Assembly: GCF_001194135.2 (NCBI RefSeq)
Contig: NC_068993.1
Coordinates: forward strand, 22,641,801 to 22,705,800
Length of the DNA stretch: 64,000 nucleotides
Direction of reading: 5' to 3'
Source of the DNA: Octopus bimaculoides
Lineage: Eukaryota
The translations under genes were made by a program, and so were the position numbers. Below the pieces are notes generated by a model. The model saw only the letters and a program-made list of their open reading frames with translations, ran no database searches and was not told the origin of the DNA. Positions within the stretch are counted from its first letter, which is position 1. Each line of letters begins with the position of its first letter. This document shows, piece by piece, positions 27,000-40,262 of this stretch.

Positions 27000-28990
27000 T
27001 GAAGGAAAAAAAAGTACCACCTCTATAATAGATTTAACATCTGGCTGTAGTCAATGTAAACTGTTGTTGATTGTAAGGATATGGAGATGTATATGTGCTC
27101 AGCAATTATATGAAGAGATAATCTCAAACGTAATATTCTTGTGAACCATTCAATAAATTATGATTTCAAAAGAGTTGCAAAGGACCCATGCAAATTCAGT
27201 GACGTGTGGCTTAAACAAATATTCATTATGACTTCATACATGAAAGCCAAATTCAGCAAGTCTCGTTTAGCCGTTTCATCGTGGATCTCAAAGCTCCTTT
27301 GTCATCATAATTTTGCAAGGTATAACAACGTTTATGACTGGACAAAGAATTATAGAACAAGCAAATAACACTGATATGCTGAAGTGGATTCAGCGAAATT
27401 TATTGTCATCAGAATCAAAGGAGATAGTGCGACAGCTTAGCTGTGTTGTGAAATAACTGGGAGAGGAAAACCGGAAGAAATCATTTCCAAAACACTCGAC
27501 AATTTTATTACGAGGTATTCCTGACATCTCTTTATGGAGGCGGTAGAAGAATGCAGATCCGAGATGCTCATATAGACAAACCTGTTTTCGGCATTCAGGC
27601 ATAATATATGATGAGGTAAAATCGTTAGGAAAGTTTTACACTTGCGTTTTTATAATTGTATTCTTTTGAAAAATTAACTGATGGAATTGTGTAAAAAATA
27701 TTATAAGGGCAAGAGAGATATTGCTTCTGTGATCAATGTTTCACCTGGATTTTCAATAATTAGTAATGGAGTTTGACAGACCTAGGGGGATGAAGCTATC
27801 GCTTTGTTTCCTGTATGCTAAAAAAAATTTGCGAGGCAGTCTTTACAATTGCAACACTGCAATTGGATATCACATTGCCAATGCAATCATTGATTAGCTT
27901 AGAACATTTGAGTTAAAAAATATTACTTGGTTGTAAATATGACGTCTGTTATATAATGTCAGGAAAGAATAATTGTATGCAAGCCATGATAAATAGCATA
28001 TACCCAAAACTATGTTTGCTCATTGTGTTGCACATAAAGGGAATATTGTGAAGAAACACCATTATTTTTCCTTTTAGAGAGAGCAAGGGGATATCTCATT
28101 CTAAGTGTGCCATCACTACCCGAAACAAGTTGGATGGCATATTATAAACACATCAGGATATTTTTCATTACCATTAAAAGTATTTTTGAGCAGTTGTGTA
28201 TTTTGATCACGTCAGATTCAAGTAAGCACGACAGTAAACTCTCCACTTGCAATATTTTATTAGTACATCAGCTTTTTTTCATGCGTCTGGTAGTAATTTC
28301 CTTTTAACTGATTGGAGTTCATAACACAAGCTCTCCAAGATGTTCAACTGAATGCAATAGAATTATATAGTCATGTCTAAGAGGTTCTGAGTGTGCTCCT
28401 TTGTCGCAGATAAAATACAGGACAAGTCAAGGAAAATATTTGAAAGATCAACTGCTAATAGAAAAGAGCACTGGACTAACTATCCCTTCCAAGTCAATGT
28501 GGTCGACAGAAATTCTGTTCAAATATTGGTGGCTGAATAGAATATTTTGCTCATTAAAACAGTGCCCTCATATTCATTCTATCACACCATAATTTAAAAG
28601 TTTATTTGCTTCTGATATTAAACAGACATTTGGCTGTATTCAATTTATCTACAACAAGTAGTGAGGCTTACGGAGGAGCAATTCGTAGATGGCGCTTATC
28701 AAATCGAAAACTTGGAAGTAGTTACTTGTTTTGAAATTTCATCAGAAGGGTTGGATGATGGATAAACAGACAGCCTTGAGAACATGCTTCAACAGAGTCA
28801 TCATACTTCCTCTTCTTCGGCAAGCTGTTCCCATCGTAGTATGCAGAGCAGCCTGCAGCATGGAAAGGTACAGACGGAAACCTAGTTTTAGTCAACAATA
28901 CCAGATTAGCATCTATCTGGCCAGTGCATCATGAGGGTTAACAAAATAAAAGTATTTGACGATGAACGTAAATCAACTAGAAAACACTTG
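27000..28990 (+). mobile_element. hAT (Ac/ZMYM1-like) transposase fossil
   Basis: MSGKNNCMQAMINSIYPK/MFAHCVAHKGNIV (the MSG...VHC.AH.LNL motif), PSLPETSW (TRW motif), TQALQD, and a degenerate C-terminal dimerisation segment near 28800-28930; many stops. Confidence 0.75.
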
Positions 28991-29476
28991 AATTCGCTCC
29001 CGCGAAATATCTCTTTCAATATCTCTACAGCTCATAACATAAGGCATGTACATTTTCTTTTTTGCATCACTAATTTTTTTTTATCATTTTGTAATCTTTT
29101 GTTACAAAAGCATATACATGTGGATGTATAGATTAAGCATTATGTGTGTATATATATATGCTAGATATATCAATATTCATCCCCCCTCTNNNNNNNNNNN
29201 NNNNNNNNNNNNNNNNNNNNNNNNNNNNNNNNNNNNNNNNNNNNNNNNNNNNNNNNNNNNNNNNNNNNNNNNNNNNNNNNNNNNNNNNNNNNNNNNNNNN
29301 NNNNNNNNNNNNNNNNNNNNNNNNNNNNNNNNNNNNNNNNNNNNNNNNNNNNNNNNNNNNNNNNNNNNNNNNNNNNNNNNNNNNNNNNNNNNNNNNNNNN
29401 NNNCATATGTATATATAGGCTATAACTATTTATGTATGTATGTATGTATGTATCTATCTATCTCTCTGTCTATCTA

Positions 29477-29538
<62 letters not shown>

Positions 29539-29869
29539 TTGTGTTTGTGTGTATATAATGTATATTTATAGCTATATTACATGCGCACACATATATTAAT
29601 ATATATTGTAATACTTCAGTTAGAGCTGTAGATACGTTCCAAAAATGCAGTTCTAAATGAAACCTTGCTATACAGAGTTATTATAGCAACATAAATAGAG
29701 ATACAAGCTCGATAGTCTATCTTAACGGAGTTATTTACACGAAGGGAGGTGATAAACACCGTCAAACTACTAAAATAATCCAATTTTGAGGCATTCGATA
29801 ATAATAATAATTCGTTCCCGTGGTGCTGACACTGCAATACGGTTCTAAAGCGCATAATAGATGCATTAT

Positions 29870-30600
29870 TTTGCTAACTCAAGCAGGCTGTCAATATAAA
29901 GCCCTTATCATGAGGTTTCCCTAAATCCTTCGCGTTATTATTTAGCATTATCTTTTCCTTTGTTAACTGAAAGGAAACATTCATGTTAGCTATTGCATAC
30001 TTCAGATCATAGCTTCTTCCAAATATCGATGATGTAGTTCTGCATTGCTTTGTCAATGGATGCTTTGATATTATCTGTGGATTTCATAATATGGTGGTTC
30101 TTCCAAAAGTCCTTGATACACTGTTATCTTGGTCCACTGTTTTACTCAGCAAATTGCTTGAAGTTACAAGACCTCGATATCAAACACTACATTTTGGCGA
30201 AGAAAAATTCCTTTCGACAGGAATACAGGTCTAATATGTGTTGATATTTTAAGTGGATGGCTCGGAGCGTTATCAATCACTATCAATGTTCAGGGTTATG
30301 GCGTTTGCTTTATGCTTTTTACGATTGGATAAATACATGGCACTAACTATTGTGTACAAATTTCTGTCGTTATTCATGTCTCCTTGTTTGATTTCCAGAT
30401 AACAGGAATATACTGCCTTTATTGGTCCTCGTGTTTCTGAATGATAAACAAGCATCGGTCTCAACCCGGAGCTTCCTGAAGTGTCACTGTTAAGTAATTG
30501 TGTTAAATAATTTTTCTGACCTTCAACACCCACATGCGTCTTTGCTTCCCAGGAGGCAAAAGAGTGAGATTCCTTTTCTATAAATTTCCTGTTCATCTAC
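29870..30600 (-). mobile_element. pogo/Tigger DDE transposase fossil
   Basis: RKFIEKE...SGSSGLRPMLVYHSE, DNAPSHP and IKDFWKNHHIMKSTDNIK correspond to Tigger KRTFISKE...GDFKLKPLLVYHSEN...DNAPGHP...EFWK. Confidence 0.85.
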
Positions 30601-31753
30601 ATCAAATAGAAGTTAGAATTAGTATTTGGCTCGCTAAATGATACAGTTTTATTTCAGTCTTTGTATCCAGTCTCATGGCAGGAAGCTGAAATGCGAATAA
30701 CTAGATTTGAGTTGCTAGCTGCCAAAATCATAAATAACTCTCGTCCCATATAATTGAGGACCATTTTGAATTTTTCGCTTGTACTCACGAAAAATATGTA
30801 CATAAATGTACATATGCACATATTTAGCATAAGAATGTAATTAGAGGTGATGAATGTATTATCAAGAGTCTTCCCATTAGATTTTCATCCGCATACAATG
30901 CCTTAATCTTTGCGTGGTGGATAAAATAAGTGTCAGTTAAGTACTAGGATCATTTATCTTCATAGGTATACAAGCCCATTATTTTAGAGAAAAAGTTGAA
31001 CGAGGCATGGTGAGCGACAATGTATTTTCCAAGAGTAATAATAAGCTAAGTCAAACGAACAAATGTCAACCGAGTAGTATGGTTTTACAACATCAGCTGC
31101 AAGCATGAAAATTACATGGGCGTACGAATACGGAAGTTACGAAATAGCAGCTAATGTCACCCAGTAATGATGTTCCTTATTTCTTAGATCAGCTCCAACA
31201 GAAAGAATCTGGAACTAAACAATGATATGGATTTTCTAAGGAGTGTATAATTGATTACCACTATCTATTTGAATGGATTTTAATATATATTCTTTTCAAA
31301 ATTTGGCACAAGTTCAGTAATTTCAGGGGAAAGGGTAAATGGATTACATGACCCCAATGCTCAAATGGTACTTGTTCTATCGATCCCAAAAGATGAAAAG
31401 CAAAGCCGACCTTGGTGGAGAGTGAACTCAAAGCATAACGGCTGACGAAATCCCACCCCCAAATAAAAAAGACAAAACATTACACATGCTGAGGGTTCTG
31501 CCAGCTCCCTGCTTTAATAAATTTTCATGAATCAAAAGCTAAATGCAATCTTGAAAGAATTTAAACTCAATGTGTAAGGGAAGAAATTAATTGCTAAGAA
31601 TATTTGACACACATAAATAATTGTTTAAGGTTTAGAAAATAAGAACAGAGGATGATAAATGTATCTTAGGTATGAGGAATTTAATCAGTGTAAGCTCATC
31701 ATATTACCAATAACCAATCATCGCCCCAAGTGAGATGTTTTCACTCTGGAGTC

Positions 31754-31812
<59 letters not shown>

Positions 31813-31879
31813 GTGGAGGCGCAATGGCCCAGTGGTTAGGGCAGCGGACTCGCGGTCATAGGATCGCGGTTTCGATTCC
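31813..31879 (+). mobile_element. tRNA-derived SINE head, truncated by an assembly gap
   Basis: GGAGGCGCAATGGCCCAGTGGTTAGGGCAGCGGACTCGCGGTCATAGGATCGCGGTTTCGATTCC with A and B boxes. Confidence 0.75.
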
Positions 31880-32299
31880 NNNNNNNNNNNNNNNNNNNNN
31901 NNNNNNNNNNNNNNNNNNNNNNNNNNNNNNNNNNNNNNNNNNNNNNNNNNNNNNNNNNNNNNNNNNNNNNNNNNNNNNNNNNNNNNNNNNNNNNNNNNNN
32001 NNNNNNNNNNNNNNNNNNNNNNNNNNNNNNNNNNNNNNNNNNNNNNNNNNNNNNNNNNNNNNNNNNNNNNNNNNNNNNNNNNNNNNNNNNNNNNNNNNNN
32101 NNNNNNNNNNNNNNNNNNNNNNNNNNNNNNNNNNNNNNNNNNNNNNNNNNNNNNNNNNNNNNNNNNNNNNNNNNNNNNNNNNNNNNNNNNNNNNNNNNNN
32201 NNNNNNNNNNNNNNNNNNNNNNNNNNNNNNNNNNNNNNNNNNNNNNNNNNNNNNNNNNNNNNNNNNNNNNNNNNNNNNNNNNNNNNNNNNNNNNNNNNN

Positions 32300-32336
<37 letters not shown>

Positions 32337-32399
32337 GAGTTACTTACGTTTCTTGCTTAAATAAAAGAAATTTTATTTAACAAACTGTGACACTAAAGA

Positions 32400-32645
32400 C
32401 CAAGGTTACCGTGGTCTTTTCGTAGGTTTTTCTTTCCACGGATAACCTCCCCATTTATTGGGAATTTTTTTGTATTATTTCGTATTATTTGTAAATACCC
32501 CAAACGTTTTGCGATGTTTTTTTTCATCGTTGTCCCCACTTTTCTTTTTTTTCTGCTTTGTTTTCGACCCCCTCGAAAAGAAAAACTCTACATTTGTATT
32601 TTGTCCACTCTGTGTTGAGCCCTGTGTGGCTAATAAAGAAACCTA
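32400..32645 (+). mobile_element. 3' UTR fragment of a Tx1-like L1 element
   Basis: AGGTTACCGTGGTCTT...TTTCCACGGATAA...TCTACATT...TCCACTCTGTGTT..GCCCTGTG.GGCTA.TAAAGAAAC, shared with 43820-44075; (CTAT)n tail. Confidence 0.75.
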
Positions 32646-32779
32646 TCTATCTATCTATCTGTCTGTCTAACAACACACGTACAATCACACATATATAGAC
32701 TGTATCTGCTCCTGTGATTAAATATCAATGTGATTCCGATGAGACGAATACAGAAATATATCTGACGGAAATTTAAAAG

Positions 32780-33440
32780 GGACATCAATTCTAGTGAAAG
32801 AATGCATTCATTTCCTCTCGGAATCGACTGTCATATGAAGGAAATAGCGTTAAAATAAATATTTGTAAATGGTTAACACCACGTCTGTAACGGTACGCTG
32901 AATGCATTCCCAAACCATGACTATACTAACAAAAAAAAAGTTATGCTGTGTGCCTGGTGGGAGATGAAGGGTTTCGATTTTTATGAAGTGTAAAATCAAA
33001 AAGAAACCGTCAATGCTGAGAAATATTGTCTTCAGTTAGAAGCATTTCACAAAATTTTGTAGAAACAGCGCCCATCACTTGTCATTCGCATAGAAGTGTT
33101 GCACTTATATGGTAAAGCAATACCATATAAGTGTTGCACTTATATGGTAACGCAATACCATATATTAACCAAGTCACAATGAAAACAATATGCATTAAAC
33201 ATAGAAGTTTGCCTCAGTCGACTTACTATCTTGTTGCTACCTCGCATTATCATCTTTTCAGATCATTGCAACATTATTTAGAGGAAAAACTGTTTATTAA
33301 TTGTAAAAAGGTTGAAAATGATATTGAGTAATTCATTTCTTCAAAACCTGAAGAATTGTACACCTGAGGGATCAACAGTTTGCCAAATAGATGAGATTAT
33401 GTTATGAATAATGAGGAGAAACATCTTCTTAAGTAAATAT
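32780..33440 (+). mobile_element. Mariner transposase 3' half fossil
   Basis: KKVMLCAWWEMKG, ETVNAEKYCLQL, KQRPSLV, YHLFRSLQHYL and GINSLPNR* match the mariner DD34D-domain consensus; contains a 35-bp tandem duplication. Confidence 0.9.
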
Positions 33441-33631
33441 ATCAATATACCATAGAAACTTTTGTTTCTTTCCTGCATACGTAATACGTACAATATTGTC
33501 TCTGTTACGAGACAGCTTTTACAACGCTTAATAATGAATTCGATAGGAATTATAGTTTACCAGTCACGTTCTTTGATATCTGTATCATTGTTTGCGTCTA
33601 TTGATCGTATCATAATATATTTGTATGTCTG

Positions 33632-33679
<48 letters not shown>

Positions 33680-34213
33680 CATACACATTTGTATATACAT
33701 AACCATTCATACAGACATATAGTGTGCTACAAAAAAGACAATGTGATAAATATCAGAAAGCGAAAACAATGATAAAAATATCAAAGAAGTTGATTGATAA
33801 ACTCTAAGTCTGATCTAATTCATCATTAAGTGCTGAGAAGGTAGTCTTTTAAATTTATTGTAGCTGGTAAATAAAGGTCTGTTAGAAAAAAATATTGTCA
33901 GCTATAATAAAAAATACAACTGTAGATAATAAGGAAATTATTGATGAAACCTAAACGTTTACACTTCAGTTACAAGTGCTAAATACACTAATAACTAAAT
34001 GTCTTTTGACAATTTCTTCTCCCTCATCTAGCTTATATCTTATTGCCACTCCATTAATACGAATAGCTAAATAAAAGCTGATGAATGTATAGGAACATCA
34101 ATATATAAGTAAATAGCATATACACATATATATTTATATATATGCGTACAATGTTCCCAATGATCAGTGATTTTCGTCCTCCGTAACGAGTGGACAGACA
34201 GACAGACAGACAG

Positions 34214-34245
<32 letters not shown>

Positions 34246-34248
34246 AAC

Positions 34249-34299
<51 letters not shown>

Positions 34300-34304
<5 letters not shown>

Positions 34305-34600
34305 AACGGAAACTGAAAGAAACCCGTCATATATATGTATGTGCGTGTATGTGTGTGCGCACGTGTGGGTGCTTGTGTATGTGTGTGTGTGTCTGTGTGT
34401 CTGTGTTTGTCCTTCTGCCAACGCTTGACAACCGATGCTAATGTGTTTACGCCTCCATAAATTAACAGTTCGGCATATGAAATCGATAAAATAAGTACCA
34501 TGCTTTAAAAAAAATAGTACTGGAGTCGATGCATTCGACTAAAAATTCTTCAAGGCGATGCCCCAGCATGGCCGCTGTCGTATGACTGAAACAATTAAAA
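34300..34600 (+). mobile_element. tRNA-derived SINE 3' half
   Basis: AACGGAAACTGAAAGAAACCCGTC...CTTGACAACCGATGCT...CGATAAAATAAGTACC...GGAGTCGAT...CGACTAAA...CAGCATGGCC...ATGACTGAAAC; same family as 56890-57310. Confidence 0.8.
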
Positions 34601-34795
34601 GGATATATTATCCTGACGGTTACCATGTTTCCTCATAATTCAGTTTCAGATGCCTGCTAACCACAACAGTCCTTTCCTGATACCTGAGTTAACAAGAAGT
34701 TGCTAGGGTCTGGTAACTATTCTGCCTTAGTAAATCCTAGTGTCATATTCAGGACTGCATAATTTCCGAAAATTAAGTAATAGTATTAATAATAA

Positions 34796-34980
34796 TAAGG
34801 AGAACGGAGATTTTTCATAGCCATAATTTTATTTAACAGCTATTTGAAGCATTCATTTCTGGACTTACGCGTGTTTCGACTGCAGTCGATACAGTTCAAA
34901 TGCACGAAGATGCAGAGAAAGATGCTGCAAATAACTGTTAAATAAAATTATGAATGTGAAAAATCTCCGTTCTCGTTATA
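34796..34980. mobile_element. Palindromic (fold-back) element of about 185 bp
   Basis: About 60-bp inverted arms GAGAACGGAGATTTTTCA...ATAATTTTATTTAACAG.TATTTG.AGCAT with few mismatches, plus a central palindrome TCGACTGCAGTCGA. Confidence 0.8.
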
Positions 34981-35204
34981 CTCTTTTACATTTTCAGTGA
35001 TTTGACTGGGGACATGCTGGAGAATATCTACTTCAGAATTTATTCTTTGGAAGCCTTGTACTTATTCTATCGGACTCTCCTGCCGAACCGCTAAGCTACA
35101 GGAACGTAAAGATACCACCATCTGTTGTCAAGCGATGCTGGGAGAATTAACTCAGACACACAAACATACACACATACACACACACATATGTATATACATA
35201 TATA

Positions 35205-35370
35205 CGACGGGCTTCTTTCAGTTTCAGTCTACCAAATCCATTCACAAGGGTTTGGTCGGCCCGAGGCTACAGTAGAAGACACTTGCCCAAGATGCCACGC
35301 AGTGGGAATGAACCCGGAACCATGTGGTTGGTCGGCAAGCTACTTACCACACATCCACTCCTGCGCCTAT
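35205..35370 (-). mobile_element. tRNA-derived SINE 5' half
   Basis: High identity to 11355-11478 and to the reverse complement of 56900-57060. Confidence 0.9.
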
Positions 35371-36386
35371 CATTATTAATACTATATATATATATATNNN
35401 NNNNNNNNNNNNNNNNNNNNNNNNNNNNNNNNNNNNNNNNNNNNNNNNNNNNNNNNNNNNNNNNNNNNNNNNNNNNNNNNNNNNNNNNNNNNNNNNNNNN
35501 NNNNNNNNNNNNNNNNNNNNNNNNNNNNNNNNNNNNNNNNNNNNNNNNNNNNNNNNNNNNNNNNNNNNNNNNNNNNNNNNNNNNNNNNNNNNNNNNNNNN
35601 NNNNNNNNNNNNNNNNNNNNNNNNNNNNNNNNNNNNNNNNNNNNNNNNNNNNNNNNNNNNNNNNNNNNNNNNNNNNNNNNNNNNNNNNNNNNNNNNNNNN
35701 NNNNNNNNNNNNNNNNNNNNNNNNNNNNNNNNNNNNNNNNNNNNNNNNNNNNNNNNNNNNNNNNNNNNNNNNNNNNNNNNNNNNNNNNNNNNNNNNNNNN
35801 NNNNNNNNNNNNNNNNNNNNNNNNNNNNNNNNNNNNNNNNNNNNNNNNNNNNNNNNNNNNNNNNNNNNNNNNNNNNNNNNNNNNNNNNNNNNNNNNNNNN
35901 NNNNNNNNNNNNNNNNNNNNNNNNNNNNNNNNNNNNNNNNNNNNNNNNNNNNNNNNNNNNNNNNNNNNNNNNNNNNNNNNNNNNNNNNNNNNNNNNNNNN
36001 NNNNNNNNNNNNNNNNNNNNNNNNNNNNNNNNNNNNNNNNNNNNNNNNNNNNNNNNNNNNNNNNNNNNNNNNNNNNNNNNNNNNNNNNNNNNNNNNNNNN
36101 NNNNNNNNNNNNNNNNNNNNNNNNNNNNNNNNNNNNNNNNNNNNNNNNNNNNNNNNNNNNNNNNNNNNNNNNNNNNNNNNNNNNNNNNNNNNNNNNNNNN
36201 NNNNNNNNNNNNNNNNNNNNNNNNNNNNNNNNNNNNNNNNNNNNNNNNNNNNNNNNNNNNNNNNNNNNNNNNNNNNNNNNNNNNNNNNNNNNNNNNNNNN
36301 NNNNNNNNNNNNNNNNNNNNNNNNNNNNNNNNNNNNNNNNNNNNNNNNNNNNNNNNNNNNNNNNNNNNNNNNNNNNNNNNNNNNNN

Positions 36387-36460
<74 letters not shown>

Positions 36461-36970
36461 CTAAACAAAAATCCCACACATATATATACACCTATTTATG
36501 TGTCTATCTATATAATTCCTTCTCTGAATCTAAAGGGTCTTGTATATATATATATTATATGTATAAATAGCCTAACGCCTTCTTTCAGAGTAAAACACGT
36601 CACAAATAACTAGTTATCCTGCTCAAGATATCAATTTCCATACAATTCTCTAAACAAGAATTAATGGTTACTTGAATAAAAACATTTGAGAGCAAAGTTG
36701 TTCAAGAAACAACAAGGCATAAATAAATGAATAGTAGGTGGACAGCAAATCCACATTTCACGATAAACTACTATATGTACTTAACAATTATTCTCTTCCT
36801 TTGAAACCAAGAATATTGACTAGAGTGGACAATTTCTGAGGAGAATACTTCTCAAGAGTTTCTTATATATTTGCTAAGCGGAAACTGAACTAAAAGTCTC
36901 TCACTCTCTCTTTATTTCTCTCACGCCACGCACACACACACATGCACGCACACACACACACACAACCACA

Positions 36971-37019
<49 letters not shown>

Positions 37020-37179
37020 TTGTGTTTGTGTGTTTGTGTATGTATGTATGTGTGTGTTTGCATTATGTGTGTACTTCTACATAATGTGTGCGCGCTTGAG
37101 TTTGTCTAAGCGTATGAATTGCTTTGTGCATGCACTGCGCCTATATGTACTTGTGTGTGTATGCGAGTGTGTAAGAAAT

Positions 37180-37410
37180 ACATTGAGGAGACCTCTAGGA
37201 GTATAGCGAAGAAGCTAAACGGTCACTGGAGAGAGTATAATGACGAGAAACACTCATCCATGCTCTATCAATATACCAGTGACAAAAATGGGGACACACT
37301 GAGCCGAATTGACATCTGAATTTTGTCCAAATACCCAAAGAACCCATCACTGAGACAAACATGCGAGTAAATCCTCATAAATAAAACATTACCCATGCTA
37401 AATAGGAAAT
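37180..37410 (+). mobile_element. Penelope-like element GIY-YIG endonuclease fragment
   Basis: KKYIEETSRSIAKKLNGHWREY...ILSKYPKNPSLRQTCE*ILINKTLPMLNRK matches the PLE consensus YIGETSR.L..R..EH...L.R...EA..I.....LN. Confidence 0.75.
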
Positions 37411-38002
37411 ACACGTAGAAGATTAGACTATACCAATGCAACAAATACCACCCATACAGTGTATATACAGAGGTACATTCGTAAGTAGGCAGTCAAGTAG
37501 ATAAATAGGTAGGCAAATAGGTAATTAGGCTTTAGGTGGTTAGGTTAGATATATAGATTGTTAGTTAATTAGTTAATTATGTAAGTTAATAGGTTGGGAA
37601 ACAGACAAGCAAATAAGTAGATAAGTAGATAAGTAGTTAAGTAGGTAGATAGACAGGTGCATCAATACACACATGAACACACAGAAGAATACATACATTC
37701 ATACGCAAGCATACGTCCACATTGGCACGCACACGCACAAACACACACATGCACTCACACACACACATACTCACACACACACATGCACACACACACACAT
37801 ACTCACACACACATACACACAACACGGTCTCAGGCAGATAATGGCTACCTCAGTAAAGTACTAAGAAGAAAGTCATTGAACATGTTGCAAGGATTGCACT
37901 GCATTTAAATTGATGTAATGGTTGCATTGTTCAATTAAATGGAGTCGCTTGAAACGATCGTACTGCATTGCCTCCGGATATCCTGTTGCTTATTTATATA
38001 TA

Positions 38003-38044
<42 letters not shown>

Positions 38045-39189
38045 NNNNNNNNNNNATATATATACACCTTTTTCTGTAAATAGTTGGAACAAACCATGTT
38101 GCTCTTGTAAAGAGTGCCAATATATCACACAAAACATTTTCAGATTAGCAGTATTTACTCTGAACTGCTAATTAAAATGGAATCCATCAAAATAAATGTC
38201 CTGCATAAATCTTCATCAAAAATACGTAGGTACGTAGGTAGATAGATACAGTACTCAAGTTGACATCCAATTCAAAGCCTCAGAGTGATGAGTATTAACA
38301 AATATTTTAATATCATAATGTTAGTTAGATACGTCGCAACTTAACATTATATAAAGGGTATTTTGAATATCTCAAAAGCATTGTAGAAAATATGTGGAAC
38401 TTCAAGTCAAGATTGTATTCATTTAATTCCTCTTAGCTCGTTAATACCAGTTCGAAAGTAACGCGACTCACGTTTCCAAGATTTGGCAGCACCATGTATG
38501 TATGAGTGGTCAAGTACTTGCAGAGAAATGAGTTTCTCTTTAATCATTTGAATTGGAGATTTAACGTATAATGAGAACCAATACTGAAGGCTATGAAATT
38601 GTTTGAAAATGTGTTCGCATTTCTATTACCTGCTGCATCCGGAATTGGGGTTTAAAAATACAAATTTACAATTATAAAACAATACTCGTTTATTACGTTT
38701 CTTATTCGAACTCATGTCTATTGTTCGGAAATCTTTCCTCACACCCCCGTGACCTCCTCCGCGATACCGTTTTCATGTGTGCTCTTGCTCTTCTTATTCC
38801 ATCCTATTCATCAATAATGTTTATCCTTATATGTATCATAAATATTTATCTAATTTTCTGTATTTTCCTAAAAATATATATTCTGCATTTAGTAATGAAT
38901 CCTACTATTTGCTTAGCATTTTTCTTGGAAAAATTCAAACCTAGTACAACAAATGAATGAAACCCTAAAAGTCAGCACTAACAAAATGCTTTCGTTACTT
39001 CACACAATAGCAGCAATATCTTTCTTACCTATTCATAATTTCGTGCACTTAACTATCAATACTTAAGCATGTTTCTTATAGAAACAACAATGTCCCATTG
39101 CTGCGAATGGAACTGCTGACATTAAAGCTTATAAGCTGACACTGTTTACTATACGAAATGTAACACAAAAGATTATCTTTAATCTAGAC

Positions 39190-39491
39190 CAGGGCTGGCC
39201 AACCTGAGGCCCGCGTACCCCGCTTGATACTTTTTTGAAATAGGGTTATTTAAACAAACATCTTAAAAATTTTATCAAAAATTAAAGATTGTAATGAAAA
39301 GTAAAAATGAAAGATACTATTTTTTTTTGCAACGGTGATATTTCATGTTGATTTAACGATCATTCATTCATTATTGTAATAATGGCATGAGAAAGCAAAA
39401 TGCTTTTAATTCTGTCAGTATACAAGTGGCTCTCAAAAAAACTTTCTGTAATTAAAGTGGCCCGCACTGCAATTCGAGTTGGCCAGGCCTG
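39190..39491. mobile_element. hAT-Charlie-type MITE
   Basis: TIRs CAGGGCTGGCCAAC / GTTGGCCAGGCCTG. The flanking 8-mers ATCTAGAC and GCCTAGAT share the CTAGA core of the Charlie NTCTAGAN target site. Confidence 0.8.
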
Positions 39492-40136
39492 GCCTAGATT
39501 CAGCATGCAACGTCTACTGTAAGTATCTCAACAGATACATCTTTCACTGATTAATCAAATTAGTTGCAACTCTGAAACCACCTTAACTTATTTCATTTAG
39601 ATCTATGTATCTGTCTGTCTGCCTGTCTGTCTGCCTGTCTGTCTGCCTGTCTGTCTCTCTCCGTGTACACACACACACGCACACACACTCACACACACAC
39701 ATATGTATGTATACAATTGAGGGGATTATTATAATTTAGGCTAGTATCTCATCAACACGTAACGTAGGAACCTGGTTAACGTAGTATTTCGTTCACAGAG
39801 GAAACATCGATTAAACGCAAATTGATTATAGAGAGAAGCACTTCACAAATTCAAGCATTATTTCAGTAGGCATAATATATAAGCACATAATAATATGAGC
39901 CTGTGAATGAACAATAATGATTTTATCTTATTTTATTTTATTGCATATTCTGCTTCTTTTGCATAACTTCACATGTGATGCGGAATCAAAAGACTTTGCC
40001 TCCTGTTTGATCTCCATTCCTATTTCTTTCCTTCTTTATCTTTTTCACCTTGTATTTCTTTAAGGAAATCTTTTGAAATATTTGGAAACATAAAACAATA
40101 AAAAACATAAGGAGTCAAATGTTCTTTAACACTTAC

Positions 40137-40262
40137 TTTTGTTGATATCTTCATAATTGGTGCTTCTTTGAGACTGATAAATGTCTGTGATTTTGAAATA
40201 AGTTGAGGCATTCCTGTCTTTCGTCACATCGTTAAACAACGAGGATAATGGTTGATACACAC
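40137..40262 (-). CDS. Internal exon A of an ionotropic glutamate receptor-family gene (amino-terminal domain)
   Basis: Acceptor aaactttcAG|GT and donor A|GTAAGT; 126 nt, phase 1-1, no stops. Translation (G)VYQPLSSLFNDVTKDRNASTYFKITDIYQSQRSTNYEDINK, with an N-A-S sequon. Joins exon B in frame (A+CG=Thr). Its position matches the kainate-receptor exon that starts G|GIFE and ends before CDQLSLGVAAIFGP. Confidence 0.75.

Noticed and set aside
31813-31879. tRNA gene (also 2625-2700 and 47570-47635)
   Set aside because: A and B boxes are present, but there is no complete cloverleaf or acceptor stem; these are SINE heads.
21136-33440. The two mariner halves as one element split by 11 kb of nested insertions
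   Set aside because: I could find no junction continuity, the intervening region between the halves is missing, and they appear to come from different subfamilies.
38472-38590. Open 119-nt segment with AG and GTGAGT ends on the minus strand
   Set aside because: It is phase 2-1, so it would frameshift between exons A and B, and it has no resemblance to the ATD.
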